From: a virus
Taxonomy: Duplodnaviria; Caudoviricetes
Length of the DNA stretch: 36,136 bases
Strand: one strand, 5' to 3'
Virus record (IMG/VR): IMGVR_UViG_3300036773_000038
Location: 1-36,136 of that record
A program made the position numbers and the translations under genes. Shown here one piece after another: positions 1 through 7,821 of the stretch; the stretch's first letter is position 1, and the number at the start of each line of letters is the position of its first letter. The notes beneath the pieces are model-generated. The model saw only the letters and a program-made list of their open reading frames with translations, did no database searches and was not told the DNA's origin.

Positions 1-168
1 CTGTTCCCCGACGGCGCCGACGTGTTCCGGGGCAAGGGCCACGCCAAGGACGGCGCCCGGCACGCCCTCTACGCCGCGGTGGTCGACTTGCACTGGCCGG
101 ACCCGATGGTCACGGCCGACCTGTACCCGGACCTGACCGAGACGCTGGCGAGCGGTGGCCTAGGCTGA
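1..168 (+). CDS. 3' fragment of a RuvC-like (Holliday junction resolvase-like) phage protein
   Basis: Frame 1 is open from base 1 to TGA at 166-168: ...KGHAKDGARHALYAAVVDLHWPDPM... This resembles the HAxDAARHAL..PDP C-terminus of actinophage RuvC-like proteins. Not in the ORF track. Confidence 0.55.
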   Translation: MFPDGADVFRGKGHAKDGARHALYAAVVDLHWPDPMVTADLYPDLTETLASGGLG

Positions 169-190
169 CCATCGTCCTTTCGCGGGGATA

Positions 191-227
191 GCGAAGCCCG
201 GCACGTCGCGCATGTGCCGGGCTTCGC
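191..227. terminator. Bidirectional hairpin terminator
   Basis: Perfect 14-bp inverted repeat GCGAAGCCCGGCAC / GTGCCGGGCTTCGC between convergent genes. Confidence 0.8.
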
Positions 228-233
228 GTGCGT

Positions 234-392
234 CTACTTGCCGGTTTTGCCCTTGTTCCGGATTTCACGAGCCAGACGGCGCTTCCCGCGTTCCCACAGG
301 TCGGCCGGTTCCGGCGGCGTCGGTGGGCCCTCGGTCGGCGCGAACCACGCATCCACCACCGGCTGGTCCTGGGCCCGCTCAGCCTTGGCCAT
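234..392 (-). CDS. Small hypothetical protein (52 aa)
   Basis: MAKAERAQDQPVVDAWF...; GGAG upstream of the ATG; overlaps the end of the upstream gene and stops just before the terminator. Confidence 0.5.
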   Translation of the reverse strand: MAKAERAQDQPVVDAWFAPTEGPPTPPEPADLWERGKRRLAREIRNKGKTGK

Positions 393-771
393 CCACGCTC
401 CGCTCCACCACGTCGGTCGGTCGGTGGGCCGCACGTGCCGTGTTGAGCGGTGGCGGGTCGGCGAGGCCCGGTTGGACCGGCGTACGCAGGCCAACCCGGG
501 CGAACACCTCGCAGGCGTTGGCCCGCCACACCTGGTGAATGTTGACCGGTAGCGCGTCGTCCTGATCGAATCGCATCTTGGACGTGGCCCGGTAGAACAT
601 CGTCGCAGCAGCTTGCTCGATTTCGCCCTGGCTGACCGAGCAGCGATAGCCACGTTGGGCCAGCGAGACCGCGACGGCCTCAAGCCCTGCCTGGGTGAGG
701 CCGCTCCCGGCGAGCGTGTTGCGCAGGTCCCGAACCAACTGGTCGAACCGGTCATCATTGAGTAGGGACAT
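379..771 (-). CDS. Hypothetical protein (130 aa)
   Basis: MSLLNDDRFDQLVRDLR...; AAAGGTGG RBS upstream of ATG at 771; overlaps the holin stop. Confidence 0.7.
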   Translation of the reverse strand: MSLLNDDRFDQLVRDLRNTLAGSGLTQAGLEAVAVSLAQRGYRCSVSQGEIEQAAATMFYRATSKMRFDQDDALPVNIHQVWRANACEVFARVGLRTPVQPGLADPPPLNTARAAHRPTDVVERSVDGQG

Positions 772-1099
772 CAGGACCACCTTTCGGGGTGACGGGTGGC
801 GAGACCCGGTTGGCCTGGGCAGCGTGCCAGCGGGCAACGATCTCGGCGGCCTGGGCGACATTCATCGCGGGCTGGACGAACGGCACCGGTGGTGGTGCGG
901 CCTCGACTCCGCGCGGAGTGTGCTTGGCCAGCCACCCGGCGGCGAGGGTCACGAGGCCCGTGACGGCGCCCGTAACGAGCTGGACGGCCCACGCGGGCAC
1001 CGGCGCACCGATCAGTACCGCGAGCTCCCCGAGGGCCTCACTGGACAGGAAGGCAGCCAGGCTCGCCGCCGTCACCTTGGCTTCGATCGGCGCGGCCAT
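755..1099 (-). CDS. Holin-like membrane protein
   Basis: MAAPIEAKVTAASLAAF...AAGWLAKHTPR; two hydrophobic segments and the EAKV / AGW.AKHTPR pattern of actinophage holins. Confidence 0.7.
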   Translation of the reverse strand: MAAPIEAKVTAASLAAFLSSEALGELAVLIGAPVPAWAVQLVTGAVTGLVTLAAGWLAKHTPRGVEAAPPPVPFVQPAMNVAQAAEIVARWHAAQANRVSPPVTPKGGPDVPTQ

Positions 1100-1461
1100 C
1101 AGATCGAGTCCTGTGCGCGCTGGTCGGCCAGTTCGGCCGCGTCGAGCTTGGCCTGTGCCGACGGCCGGTTGAGGGCGACGTCGGCCGCCGGGCTGTCCGC
1201 GCGCACCACCGTCACGCCGGTGAGCGGGACCAGGTGTTCCGGGGTGTCGTCCAGGACGTGGACGGTGGCCGTCGGGTAGTGGCCGGGGTCGTAGTGGACA
1301 TCGACCGAGGTCACCCAGCGGCCGATGTTGACGCCGTCCAGCTCCACCACCAGGAGACCACCGATGCCCTGACCGATCGACAGTCCGGTGGGCGGGAGCG
1401 GCCGACGGGGCGGTGGTGCCGGGGGCTGGTGGGTGATGTGCTCGTCAGAGTCCATGGTCAT
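1099..1461 (-). CDS. Hypothetical protein
   Basis: ATGA and TGATG overlaps with both neighbours; GAAAGG RBS. Confidence 0.65.
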   Translation of the reverse strand: MTMDSDEHITHQPPAPPPRRPLPPTGLSIGQGIGGLLVVELDGVNIGRWVTSVDVHYDPGHYPTATVHVLDDTPEHLVPLTGVTVVRADSPAADVALNRPSAQAKLDAAELADQRAQDSI

Positions 1462-1664
1462 CCTTTCCGAACGCGGGCGCGCTGGTCGCGCAGGGCGGCC
1501 AGTTCACTGACTCGGTAGCAGGGCCAGCCATTCGCGGTGGTGTACACCGTGACCTGGCCAGAATTGATCATGCGGTAGAGCGTCGACACACCCACTTCCA
1601 GGGTGCGCGCCGCTTCCGCGCGATAGACGTATCCCCGTGGCGTCACGGGTGTGTGGTTGCCCAT
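1458..1664 (-). CDS. Xis/MerR-like helix-turn-helix DNA-binding protein
   Basis: YVYRAEAARTLEVGVSTLYRMINSGQV...GWPCYRVSEL, an excisionase-type HTH pattern; probably leaderless (TACCAT 6 nt before the ATG). Confidence 0.8.
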   Translation of the reverse strand: MGNHTPVTPRGYVYRAEAARTLEVGVSTLYRMINSGQVTVYTTANGWPCYRVSELAALRDQRARVRKG

Positions 1665-1685
1665 GGGGTGATGGTACACTATGGG
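1665..1685. promoter_or_regulatory. Overlapping divergent -10 elements
   Basis: Plus strand TGGTACACT (1672-1680); minus strand TACCAT in the same bases, upstream of the HTH ATG. Confidence 0.5.
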
Positions 1686-1723
1686 GCGATTCCACCCTAC
1701 CCCGTCGATCCGGAAAGGCGATC

Positions 1724-2479
1724 ATGAGTAAGGAGGACCGCGCGCAGCACCGCGCCGACGTGGCCGCCTACTACCGCCAGCAGGGCATCGCGGATGACAA
1801 GGTGCCCCGCCGGTACCGGGAGCACACCGCGCCCCCCGAACCGGCCCCCGCGCCACCCATCGACCCGGCCAACCCCTACGCCGGGCTAGACCGCTCCCTG
1901 CTGTCCGCCGACGAGCGCGCCACCCTGGACACCGCCGAACAGCTGGGCACGATCCGCAACGCGCCGGGCTACCAGGAAGCACGCCAGGCCGACCGCGACG
2001 CACACGAGGCAGCCTCACGCGAAGCCGACGAGCAGCGGCAGAAAAACTACCAATATTCCGAGGAACTCCGTAACACCAAACGCATGCACGCCGACACCTA
2101 TCGTGCCAACAACAATCTCCGGAAGGCAAACAGCATGACCCACAAGGACGACATCATCGCAGCGCTCACCAGCGCGCAGGACACGCTCGTCAACCAGGCG
2201 GGTGCGCAGATTCAGCGGGCCGTCGAACTGATGGACGAGGCGAAAGGCATGCTGGCCGGTGCGCAGCAGTCCATCGCGGGGTCGACCGGGTTCGTGGAGT
2301 CGGCCTACGTCGACTCCACGCTGTCCGGGTCGCTGTCCGCGATGGCCTCCGACACCGAGACCGCGGCAGGTGCCGTCGCGTCCGCCCGGGAAGACGTCAA
2401 CGGCCTGCTGCTCGGAGTGAGCACGGTCAACAGCCAGTTCGACGAGACGATCGCGCGTGAGCAGGCGATCGGCCAGTGA
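1724..2479 (+). CDS. Hypothetical protein with a C-terminal ~114-aa helical-hairpin domain; possible internal start at 2135
   Basis: GGAAAGG RBS before ATG 1724; second GGAAGG RBS before the in-frame ATG at 2135 (MTHKDDIIAAL...); Ala-rich amphipathic C-terminal half. Confidence 0.75.
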   Translation: MSKEDRAQHRADVAAYYRQQGIADDKVPRRYREHTAPPEPAPAPPIDPANPYAGLDRSLLSADERATLDTAEQLGTIRNAPGYQEARQADRDAHEAASREADEQRQKNYQYSEELRNTKRMHADTYRANNNLRKANSMTHKDDIIAALTSAQDTLVNQAGAQIQRAVELMDEAKGMLAGAQQSIAGSTGFVESAYVDSTLSGSLSAMASDTETAAGAVASAREDVNGLLLGVSTVNSQFDETIAREQAIGQ

Positions 2480-2832
2480 CCGAGCCCAGCAATATCCACG
2501 AAAAGCGCCTGCTCGCTCTGGACGCCGCGCTCAATGCGGCGCGGAGCGCGTCCGGTGCCGTGGCCACCGTGGTCAGCGACACCGAGGACCTGGTGGGCCA
2601 GCTCGATGCGGTACTGGACAAGCTGATCGTCGTCAACCAGCACGTCACCAGCGCGGTGGGGGACGGCGTCACCACGGGCGCGGTGCTCAACGCCAACACC
2701 CAAGTGGAGACCGCGATCGAGGTCATCCACTTGGCCTTGAACGCCGTTAATGACGCGCAGGTGGCGGCCGATCACGTCATCAACCAGGTGGAAACGACCA
2801 TCACGCAAGTACGCGCGGCACCGAACAACTGA
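2476..2832 (+). CDS. 118-aa amphipathic helical-hairpin protein (WXG100-like size and pattern)
   Basis: GTGA overlap with the previous gene; heptad-like pattern with a central AVGDG turn; followed by a terminator. Confidence 0.75.
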   Translation: MTEPSNIHEKRLLALDAALNAARSASGAVATVVSDTEDLVGQLDAVLDKLIVVNQHVTSAVGDGVTTGAVLNANTQVETAIEVIHLALNAVNDAQVAADHVINQVETTITQVRAAPNN

Positions 2833-2844
2833 TCGGGCACACGT

Positions 2845-2881
2845 GAAAGCCCCGGACCTTTTCCACGGGTCCGGGGCTTTC
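2845..2881. terminator. Bidirectional terminator
   Basis: GAAAGCCCCGGACC / GGTCCGGGGCTTTC inverted repeat between convergent genes. Confidence 0.85.
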
Positions 2882-2913
2882 GTGAGCGGGTCGGTAACCG
2901 CCCGGCCAGGCTA

Positions 2914-3717
2914 TCAGCTCGTGGTGGCCTTCGGCGTGATAGCGACGTTCCAGCCCTCCGGCAGGGCGGCCGACAGCTTGGTTTCCAGGTCGGCCATCTG
3001 CGCGTCGGTCACCGTGGCGCCGTCGGTCGGCAGGGCGGCGATGATGGCCGCTTCTATCTCGGGGAGCGCGCCACTGATGGCCGCGAGCTGCGCCGCATCC
3101 GACTTCGCACTGTCGAACAAGGTGACCCCGTAGGGCGTGGAGTTGGTGACGTAGAGGGCGCCGAAAATGGCGTCCAGCTTGTCCGACTGGTCAGGGGTCA
3201 TGTCGTCTGCCTCCGCGTCCACGCCGGGCCAGGAGGCCGCGACGACGGACTTGTCAAAGTGGGCACCGGTCAGGGCCTGCCCGGCGTACTGCTTGGCGAT
3301 CGCGGTGTAGGTGACCCCGTCGACCTGGGTTGAGATCAGCGACGCGACACCATCGTACTTGGCCACCCAGTAGGGTGGGTGCGCGATCCGGGCGGCGTTG
3401 ATGGCCCGGATCACCGCGGGCCACGTCGCCATGTTCATGTAGCACGTGCCTTCCTGCCCGGCCCCCCGGCTGGCCGTGACCCACCCGGGAGCCTGCGCCG
3501 GGGTGGCGTCGCCGGTCTCGATATCCAGCACGTGGATGCCCGGCCCGAACCGGCTCGCCGACGGCGTGATCTTGACCTGAATCGACCGGGCGAATCGCGC
3601 CCACCCGGCGGCCGACCACGCGAACGATGACGGCGCGACATACCCGGCCACCATCACCGCTCCCGCCGGGATATCGCCGGGGCTGGTGCTGTCGTACATG
3701 ATCCTCAACGCGGCCAT
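2914..3717 (-). CDS. Endolysin, GH25-like muramidase with an acidic helical C-terminal domain
   Basis: MYDST...AGYV...VLDIETGDATP (DxE)...YWVAKYDG...AKQY...FDKSVV..WPGVD; GGAGG RBS. Confidence 0.75.
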   Translation of the reverse strand: MAALRIMYDSTSPGDIPAGAVMVAGYVAPSSFAWSAAGWARFARSIQVKITPSASRFGPGIHVLDIETGDATPAQAPGWVTASRGAGQEGTCYMNMATWPAVIRAINAARIAHPPYWVAKYDGVASLISTQVDGVTYTAIAKQYAGQALTGAHFDKSVVAASWPGVDAEADDMTPDQSDKLDAIFGALYVTNSTPYGVTLFDSAKSDAAQLAAISGALPEIEAAIIAALPTDGATVTDAQMADLETKLSAALPEGWNVAITPKATTS

Positions 3718-3726
3718 CCGACCTCC

Positions 3727-3936
3727 CTAGTATCCGGTGGGTGCAACGCCCTCGTCGGCGCGGCGACGGTTCTCTACCGGCGCTGCGATGGTAACGCAGT
3801 AGGGCGCCGGGGCCTCGTGCGTCGTGGTGGTGTGGTCAGCGAAAATGGTCATGTTGTGGGCCGGAAGACCACACTCACTGCACGGCACGCCATGCAATTC
3901 GACGGACCGCAATGGCTTCTGGTGTGACTGGCTCAC
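3727..3936 (-). CDS. Small Cys/His-containing protein
   Basis: GTGA overlap at 3933-3936; VSQSHQKP...PCSECGLPAH...H...YC, a possible zinc ribbon. Confidence 0.55.
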   Translation of the reverse strand: MSQSHQKPLRSVELHGVPCSECGLPAHNMTIFADHTTTTHEAPAPYCVTIAAPVENRRRADEGVAPTGY

Positions 3937-4085
3937 GTCGGCCGCACCCACCGCCGGTTGCCGATCGGCCGCGGCTCGTCGCCCCGCTTGCCACCGTGCA
4001 GCCACGTCCACTCGGGGAGCGGTTTCGCGTTGTCCTCGCGACGGATCTTGTTCACCTTGTTGCTGTCCTCGCTGGCCTGGCTCAC
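3933..4085 (-). CDS. Small hypothetical protein (50 aa)
   Basis: GTGA overlaps on both sides; GGGAG RBS. Confidence 0.55.
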   Translation of the reverse strand: MSQASEDSNKVNKIRREDNAKPLPEWTWLHGGKRGDEPRPIGNRRWVRPT

Positions 4086-4312
4086 GGCTGGACTCCCACC
4101 CGGCGGCCGAACGCGTCCGCGTCGATGCGCAACGCGCGCATGTCGGCCAGCACGCATTCCAGGGTCGCGATGTCGACACCGGACAGGGTGAGGCGGTGCC
4201 GGGCGACCACCCGGTTGATGTCGGCCACGGCACGCTCGATCGACGCACGCACGTCGGCCAGGTCTGCACGGTCGGATCTCTCGGTCTCTTGGTCCTGCTC
4301 GGTCACGGTCAC
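4082..4312 (-). CDS. Small helical hypothetical protein
   Basis: GTG start overlapping the upstream stop; GGAG-rich sequence upstream. Confidence 0.6.
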   Translation of the reverse strand: MTVTEQDQETERSDRADLADVRASIERAVADINRVVARHRLTLSGVDIATLECVLADMRALRIDADAFGRRVGVQP

Positions 4313-4584
4313 TCCTCTGCTCCTGCTGCGATCCGGGCCCACCGGCACGTGCGGTACAACTGGCTCTGGCTGTCGACGACGGACGTCACCACGACCCATC
4401 CCGCCTCGACGTGCTGGGGGCTACGGGTGATTTCGGCGACGATCTTTATCACGGCCCCGCGGGCGCCCACGCGGTCCAGACGGTAGGTCACCCGGTGGGC
4501 GAGCCCGGCCACGATGACGTAGCCGTCGAACTGGTAGCTGATGACATGGTCGAACATGCGGTGTGGCGGGACGTTGATGTCCAC
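4309..4584 (-). CDS. Hypothetical protein
   Basis: GGGAGAG RBS before GTG at 4584; coupled to the downstream gene. Confidence 0.6.
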   Translation of the reverse strand: MDINVPPHRMFDHVISYQFDGYVIVAGLAHRVTYRLDRVGARGAVIKIVAEITRSPQHVEAGWVVVTSVVDSQSQLYRTCRWARIAAGAEE

Positions 4585-4610
4585 TGCGGACTCTCCCAAG
4601 GGTGGCAAGA

Positions 4611-5240
4611 TCAGCTACACGCGCTGGTCTGGTGGGCGCCGTAGGTGGCCTGCGCGGTGGTGTACTTGTCGCCTGCCGACGAGTCCAGCTGGTGAATCAG
4701 GCCACTGCACGAGAAGTGCATGACGTTCAGGTAGGCCTGTGCCGCGGTGGCGGCCTGCGCGTTCCAGTCCACGGTGAGACTGTCCACCGCCGCGGTAGCG
4801 ACGTCGACCGGGTAGCCGTCGCCTGCCGACGAGTCGAGCTGCTCGATCAGCCCGGCACGCGAAAAGGGCATGACGGCGAGGTAGTTCTGCGCGGACCCGA
4901 TGGCCTGCTGCTCTTGGGGTGGGACGGCCGGAGCGGTCTTGGTGGTGGTCGTCGGGACCGGCGGGGGCGCCACACCGGTCTGGGTGACCTCGTTGGGTGG
5001 CTCGGTGCACAGCCCGTTGACCATGGTGGCGTCCGCATTGCCACAGTCGGCAACCGGGCTGGTGGTGACCACCGGGCCACCCACGGACGAACTCAGGCCC
5101 GGGTTGACGCCGCTGTTGCTCGCACTGGCCACCGTGATGATCACGATGAACGCGACGAGACCGGCGAGGGTGAACCACGGCCAGCGCCGACGGCGCTTCG
5201 GACGGACGGGCGCGAGGGGCGGACGGGAATCGAACGACAT
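4611..5240 (-). CDS. Ltp-family surface protein (putative superinfection exclusion)
   Basis: Basic N-terminus plus TM helix, Pro/Thr linker, two repeats A..YL....FS..GLI.QL.S..GD.Y typical of the Ltp lipoprotein family; GGAGATCACC-ATG. Confidence 0.85.
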   Translation of the reverse strand: MSFDSRPPLAPVRPKRRRRWPWFTLAGLVAFIVIITVASASNSGVNPGLSSSVGGPVVTTSPVADCGNADATMVNGLCTEPPNEVTQTGVAPPPVPTTTTKTAPAVPPQEQQAIGSAQNYLAVMPFSRAGLIEQLDSSAGDGYPVDVATAAVDSLTVDWNAQAATAAQAYLNVMHFSCSGLIHQLDSSAGDKYTTAQATYGAHQTSACS

Positions 5241-5268
5241 GGTGATCTCCAAACGAGGCTGTGGTGAA

Positions 5269-5385
5269 TCAGGTGAACAGGGTCAGGGCGAGGACGATCA
5301 GGGCGGCCGGGACGGCGAGCAGCACGAGGCAACCCGTCGAACAGCCGATACAGCCCAGACCGCAACCGACGCGGGTACGGCCCAT
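5269..5385 (-). CDS. 38-aa Cys/Gly-rich membrane peptide
   Basis: GGAGGTCACC-ATG; MGRTRVGCGLGCIGCSTGCLVLLAVPAALIVLALTLFT*; below the ORF-track cutoff. Confidence 0.75.
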   Translation of the reverse strand: MGRTRVGCGLGCIGCSTGCLVLLAVPAALIVLALTLFT

Positions 5386-5460
5386 GGTGACCTCCGGATA
5401 GTGGGTGGAATGGGGCGACACCGTCCGGCCGACGCGACGGGCGCCGACCGGACGGGAGGA

Positions 5461-6252
5461 TCAGGCGTGCAAATTCTCGGTGAACACCCACCGGCGCTCC
5501 CACTCACCGGCGTGGTCGGCGGTCGGGCGGATCCGGGAGACCTCGACGACGTAGCCGCCCCATGCGGACTGCCACTGGCCCACCATGTCCACGAGGACCG
5601 GGCGGTTCGTGGTGGTCAGCGCGGGGAGCTCCGTGGAGAGCACGACGCGGTTGCGCACGTAGCCCTCGGTGCATCCGCCGCTCGACAGGTAGGTGACCCA
5701 TTCGATGATGTGGGCCGGGTTGATGGGTCGGGGCGGAACACGGAGCGGCCCGCCAGTCGCCACCGCCACGGCCTGCCGGTGCGCGGTGGGCTCGTCGGCG
5801 GGCTTGTCAGTGAGGGTTGCCCACATCGCGTCAAAAGCGCATGCGTTGGCGTCGGCGACGAGCGTGTGATCCGGGTGCGTGCACCGCATGATCGGCTCGC
5901 CCGGCTCGTCCACCCGATCGAGCACGGGGGCGTACGTGTGTCCGGGGCGCGTCGGATGTTCGGGGCGCGTCGGCTCGTCAGGGTCCTGGCCGGTCAGCCA
6001 CGCCAGCACAACCGCCATCTTCTGGTAATACTGCCGGTCGCCGTCGAACAGCCGCGTCACGGCAGTGAGGTGGCCAGAGTCATCGGCCTTGCCGTTACGC
6101 ACCTGGCCGGACCCGGTGTAGTGCACCACAACGGCCACGCCACCGCGCTTGAACGCGTCGCCGTCGGTCGTGGTGGTGCGGTAGTCGAACGGACCAGTCC
6201 AACCGGACTGCTCCGCAGCAACCCGAATCTGCTCTTTGGCGGTGGTGCTCAT
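5461..6252 (-). CDS. Hypothetical multi-segment protein (263 aa)
   Basis: GGGAG RBS before ATG 6252; GC-rich third codon positions; first gene after a divergent promoter region. Confidence 0.75.
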   Translation of the reverse strand: MSTTAKEQIRVAAEQSGWTGPFDYRTTTTDGDAFKRGGVAVVVHYTGSGQVRNGKADDSGHLTAVTRLFDGDRQYYQKMAVVLAWLTGQDPDEPTRPEHPTRPGHTYAPVLDRVDEPGEPIMRCTHPDHTLVADANACAFDAMWATLTDKPADEPTAHRQAVAVATGGPLRVPPRPINPAHIIEWVTYLSSGGCTEGYVRNRVVLSTELPALTTTNRPVLVDMVGQWQSAWGGYVVEVSRIRPTADHAGEWERRWVFTENLHA

Positions 6253-6289
6253 TGTGGCTCCCGTGTGTTCGGGCTTCCTGTGAACCTTG

Positions 6290-6401
6290 CTCCGCCACAG
6301 TAGCAAACCGTCTCAATGTGTGCCGATGTGTGCCATCACGGGTTGGTAACGGATTGTCCCCCTCCCTCTTGACACGGCAGAACTGTGCCATTGTGTGTCA
6401 C
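6290..6401. promoter_or_regulatory. Divergent promoter/operator region
   Basis: Minus-strand TGCTACTGT extended -10; ATGTGTGCC direct repeat at 6316 and 6326; TTGACA at 6369; CATTGT 7 nt before ATG 6402. Confidence 0.6.
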
Positions 6402-6782
6402 ATGATGATTTCGGTTCGCACGGAACGCCGGGTCAAGATCTTTACGGCGACGCTATCCACCGTCGGCGGCCTCGTCCTGGCCCCCGCGGTGACCGGCGTC
6501 GGCATCCCCGCGGTGGTGACCGCCCTCGTGATCGGCCTCTACTACACCTTCGACGCAATGGAGTTGGGACGCAATGCGAAACACATCGGCCCGGTGGACC
6601 GCGCAGGCGCGGCGCTGGTTGCTCGTCTGGTCGGTCGGACTGGCCGCCACGCTGGCCTACGCCGGGTTGGCCACCCTGCTGCCCACCGCCTAGGCCAGCT
6701 GCGCACGGTGCACGCGCCACGCCCCCTGGTCGGCCGCCACCGCCCCGACACCGACCGGTTCATGTGGTGGTGGCAGGGGTGA
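6402..6782 (+). CDS. Membrane protein (two N-terminal hydrophobic segments, Arg/His-rich tail)
   Basis: MMISVRTERRVKIFTATLSTVGGLVLAPAV...; probably leaderless. Confidence 0.65.
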   Translation: MMISVRTERRVKIFTATLSTVGGLVLAPAVTGVGIPAVVTALVIGLYYTFDAMELGRNAKHIGPVDRAGAALVARLVGRTGRHAGLRRVGHPAAHRLGQLRTVHAPRPLVGRHRPDTDRFMWWWQG

Positions 6783-6949
6783 CCACCACGATAGTCGGCT
6801 ACGTGATCACCATGCGCGTCTGCCCGGCCCGTCACGTGCACCTGCGCACGACCACCATCATGCTGGCACACCACCAGGCGATCAGCGTCCGAGACCTCTC
6901 GCGCCTGATCCGCCACCAGGACCTGATGAACAAGGCGGGGTACCTCTGA
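6779..6949 (+). CDS. Small hypothetical protein (56 aa)
   Basis: GTGA overlap upstream, TGATG overlap downstream. Confidence 0.6.
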   Translation: MTTTIVGYVITMRVCPARHVHLRTTTIMLAHHQAISVRDLSRLIRHQDLMNKAGYL

Positions 6950-7254
6950 TGGCCGCACCAGGCACCCGCGGCACGACCAACCGCAACGCGCGCGGTGGGT
7001 CGGCCGCCCGGCGAGCGCGCAAACAGTGGCTGCTCGAACAGTTCGGCAACGGGCACAGTGCACCCTGCGCGATCCGGCGTGGTGCGGCCTGCGAGGGCCG
7101 GGTCACGTTCGAGACGCTCTGGGTGGACCGCTGGCCAGTCGCCGGGCACGAGGGCGGTACCTACCGCCGGGACAACATTCGTCCCTCGTGCGCGCCATGC
7201 AACATGGCCGACGGCGGGGCGGTCGGACGAGCCAAGCAACTGGAGTCGAGATGA
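6949..7254 (+). CDS. HNH endonuclease
   Basis: RGTTNRNARG...WLLEQFG...C...C...VDRWPVAG.EGGTYRRDNIRPSCAPCN, an actinophage HNH pattern. Confidence 0.8.
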   Translation: MAAPGTRGTTNRNARGGSAARRARKQWLLEQFGNGHSAPCAIRRGAACEGRVTFETLWVDRWPVAGHEGGTYRRDNIRPSCAPCNMADGGAVGRAKQLESR

Positions 7255-7283
7255 GCCAAGCAACTGGAGTCGAGATGAGCCAA
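7229..7283 (+). repeat. Exact 24-bp tandem duplication spanning a stop/start junction
   Basis: GAGCCAAGCAACTGGAGTCGAGAT at 7229-7252 and 7253-7276, followed by GAGCCAA. Confidence 0.95.
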
Positions 7284-7427
7284 CCCACGATCGATGCCCC
7301 GTTCGGCGACACCCGTGCGTCGGTGCGGCGCCTGCTCAACGAGCTGATCAAGGGCGCCCGGGCCCGCGGGGACCAGCGCGCCGTGGCCCGCTACCAGCTC
7401 CAGCGCGCCACCCTCAACCCGAGGTAG
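7251..7427 (+). CDS. Small basic helical protein (alternative start 7275)
   Basis: ATGA overlap with HNH, GGAG RBS; ends before the terminator. Confidence 0.65.
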   Translation: MSQATGVEMSQPTIDAPFGDTRASVRRLLNELIKGARARGDQRAVARYQLQRATLNPR

Positions 7428-7440
7428 CGACAAGACAGAC

Positions 7441-7477
7441 AAGGGCCCCAACCCGCTGATACCGGGTTGGGGCCTTC
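7441..7477. terminator. Bidirectional terminator ending the structural operon
   Basis: GGCCCCAACCCG / CGGGTTGGGGCC inverted repeat between convergent genes. Confidence 0.85.
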
Positions 7478-7488
7478 TGCCGTCCAGA

Positions 7489-7821
7489 TCAGCCCTGGGC
7501 GGGCACGGACGCGTCCTCGGCAGGTTCGGCCGGGGAGTCGCTGGCAGGCGCGGAGTCGGCCACCTGGCCGTCGGCGGGCGCCGGGCTGGTGGATGCGGCA
7601 TCACCGGCGAGCTGTGCGGCGTCGCCTTCGGCCTCCGTGGCGAGGCCCTGCGCGCTGGCAACGGCGCCGGTGATGACCTGGCCGACCGCGGCCTTGGCAT
7701 CGGAAACGATCTTCTGTGCGTCGGCCGTGGCGCCGTCGCGGACGTGGTGGAACAGGTCGGTCCACATGCGCTCGATGACACCTTCGGCGGCCTTGACGGC
7801 GTCAGTGATGGGGTTGCTCAT
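7489..7821 (-). CDS. Ala/Asp-rich hypothetical protein
   Basis: AAAGGGA RBS, ATGA overlap; amphipathic N-terminal half and acidic low-complexity tail. Confidence 0.7.
   Translation of the reverse strand: MSNPITDAVKAAEGVIERMWTDLFHHVRDGATADAQKIVSDAKAAVGQVITGAVASAQGLATEAEGDAAQLAGDAASTSPAPADGQVADSAPASDSPAEPAEDASVPAQG

Noticed and set aside
1458-1664. HTH gene as proof of an integration/excision module
   Set aside because: No integrase or attP visible; Xis-like HTH proteins often act as general regulators
4900-6303. 467-aa plus-strand ORF
   Set aside because: Antisense shadow of the Ltp gene, the peptide gene and the 263-aa gene, which have RBSs and better codon bias
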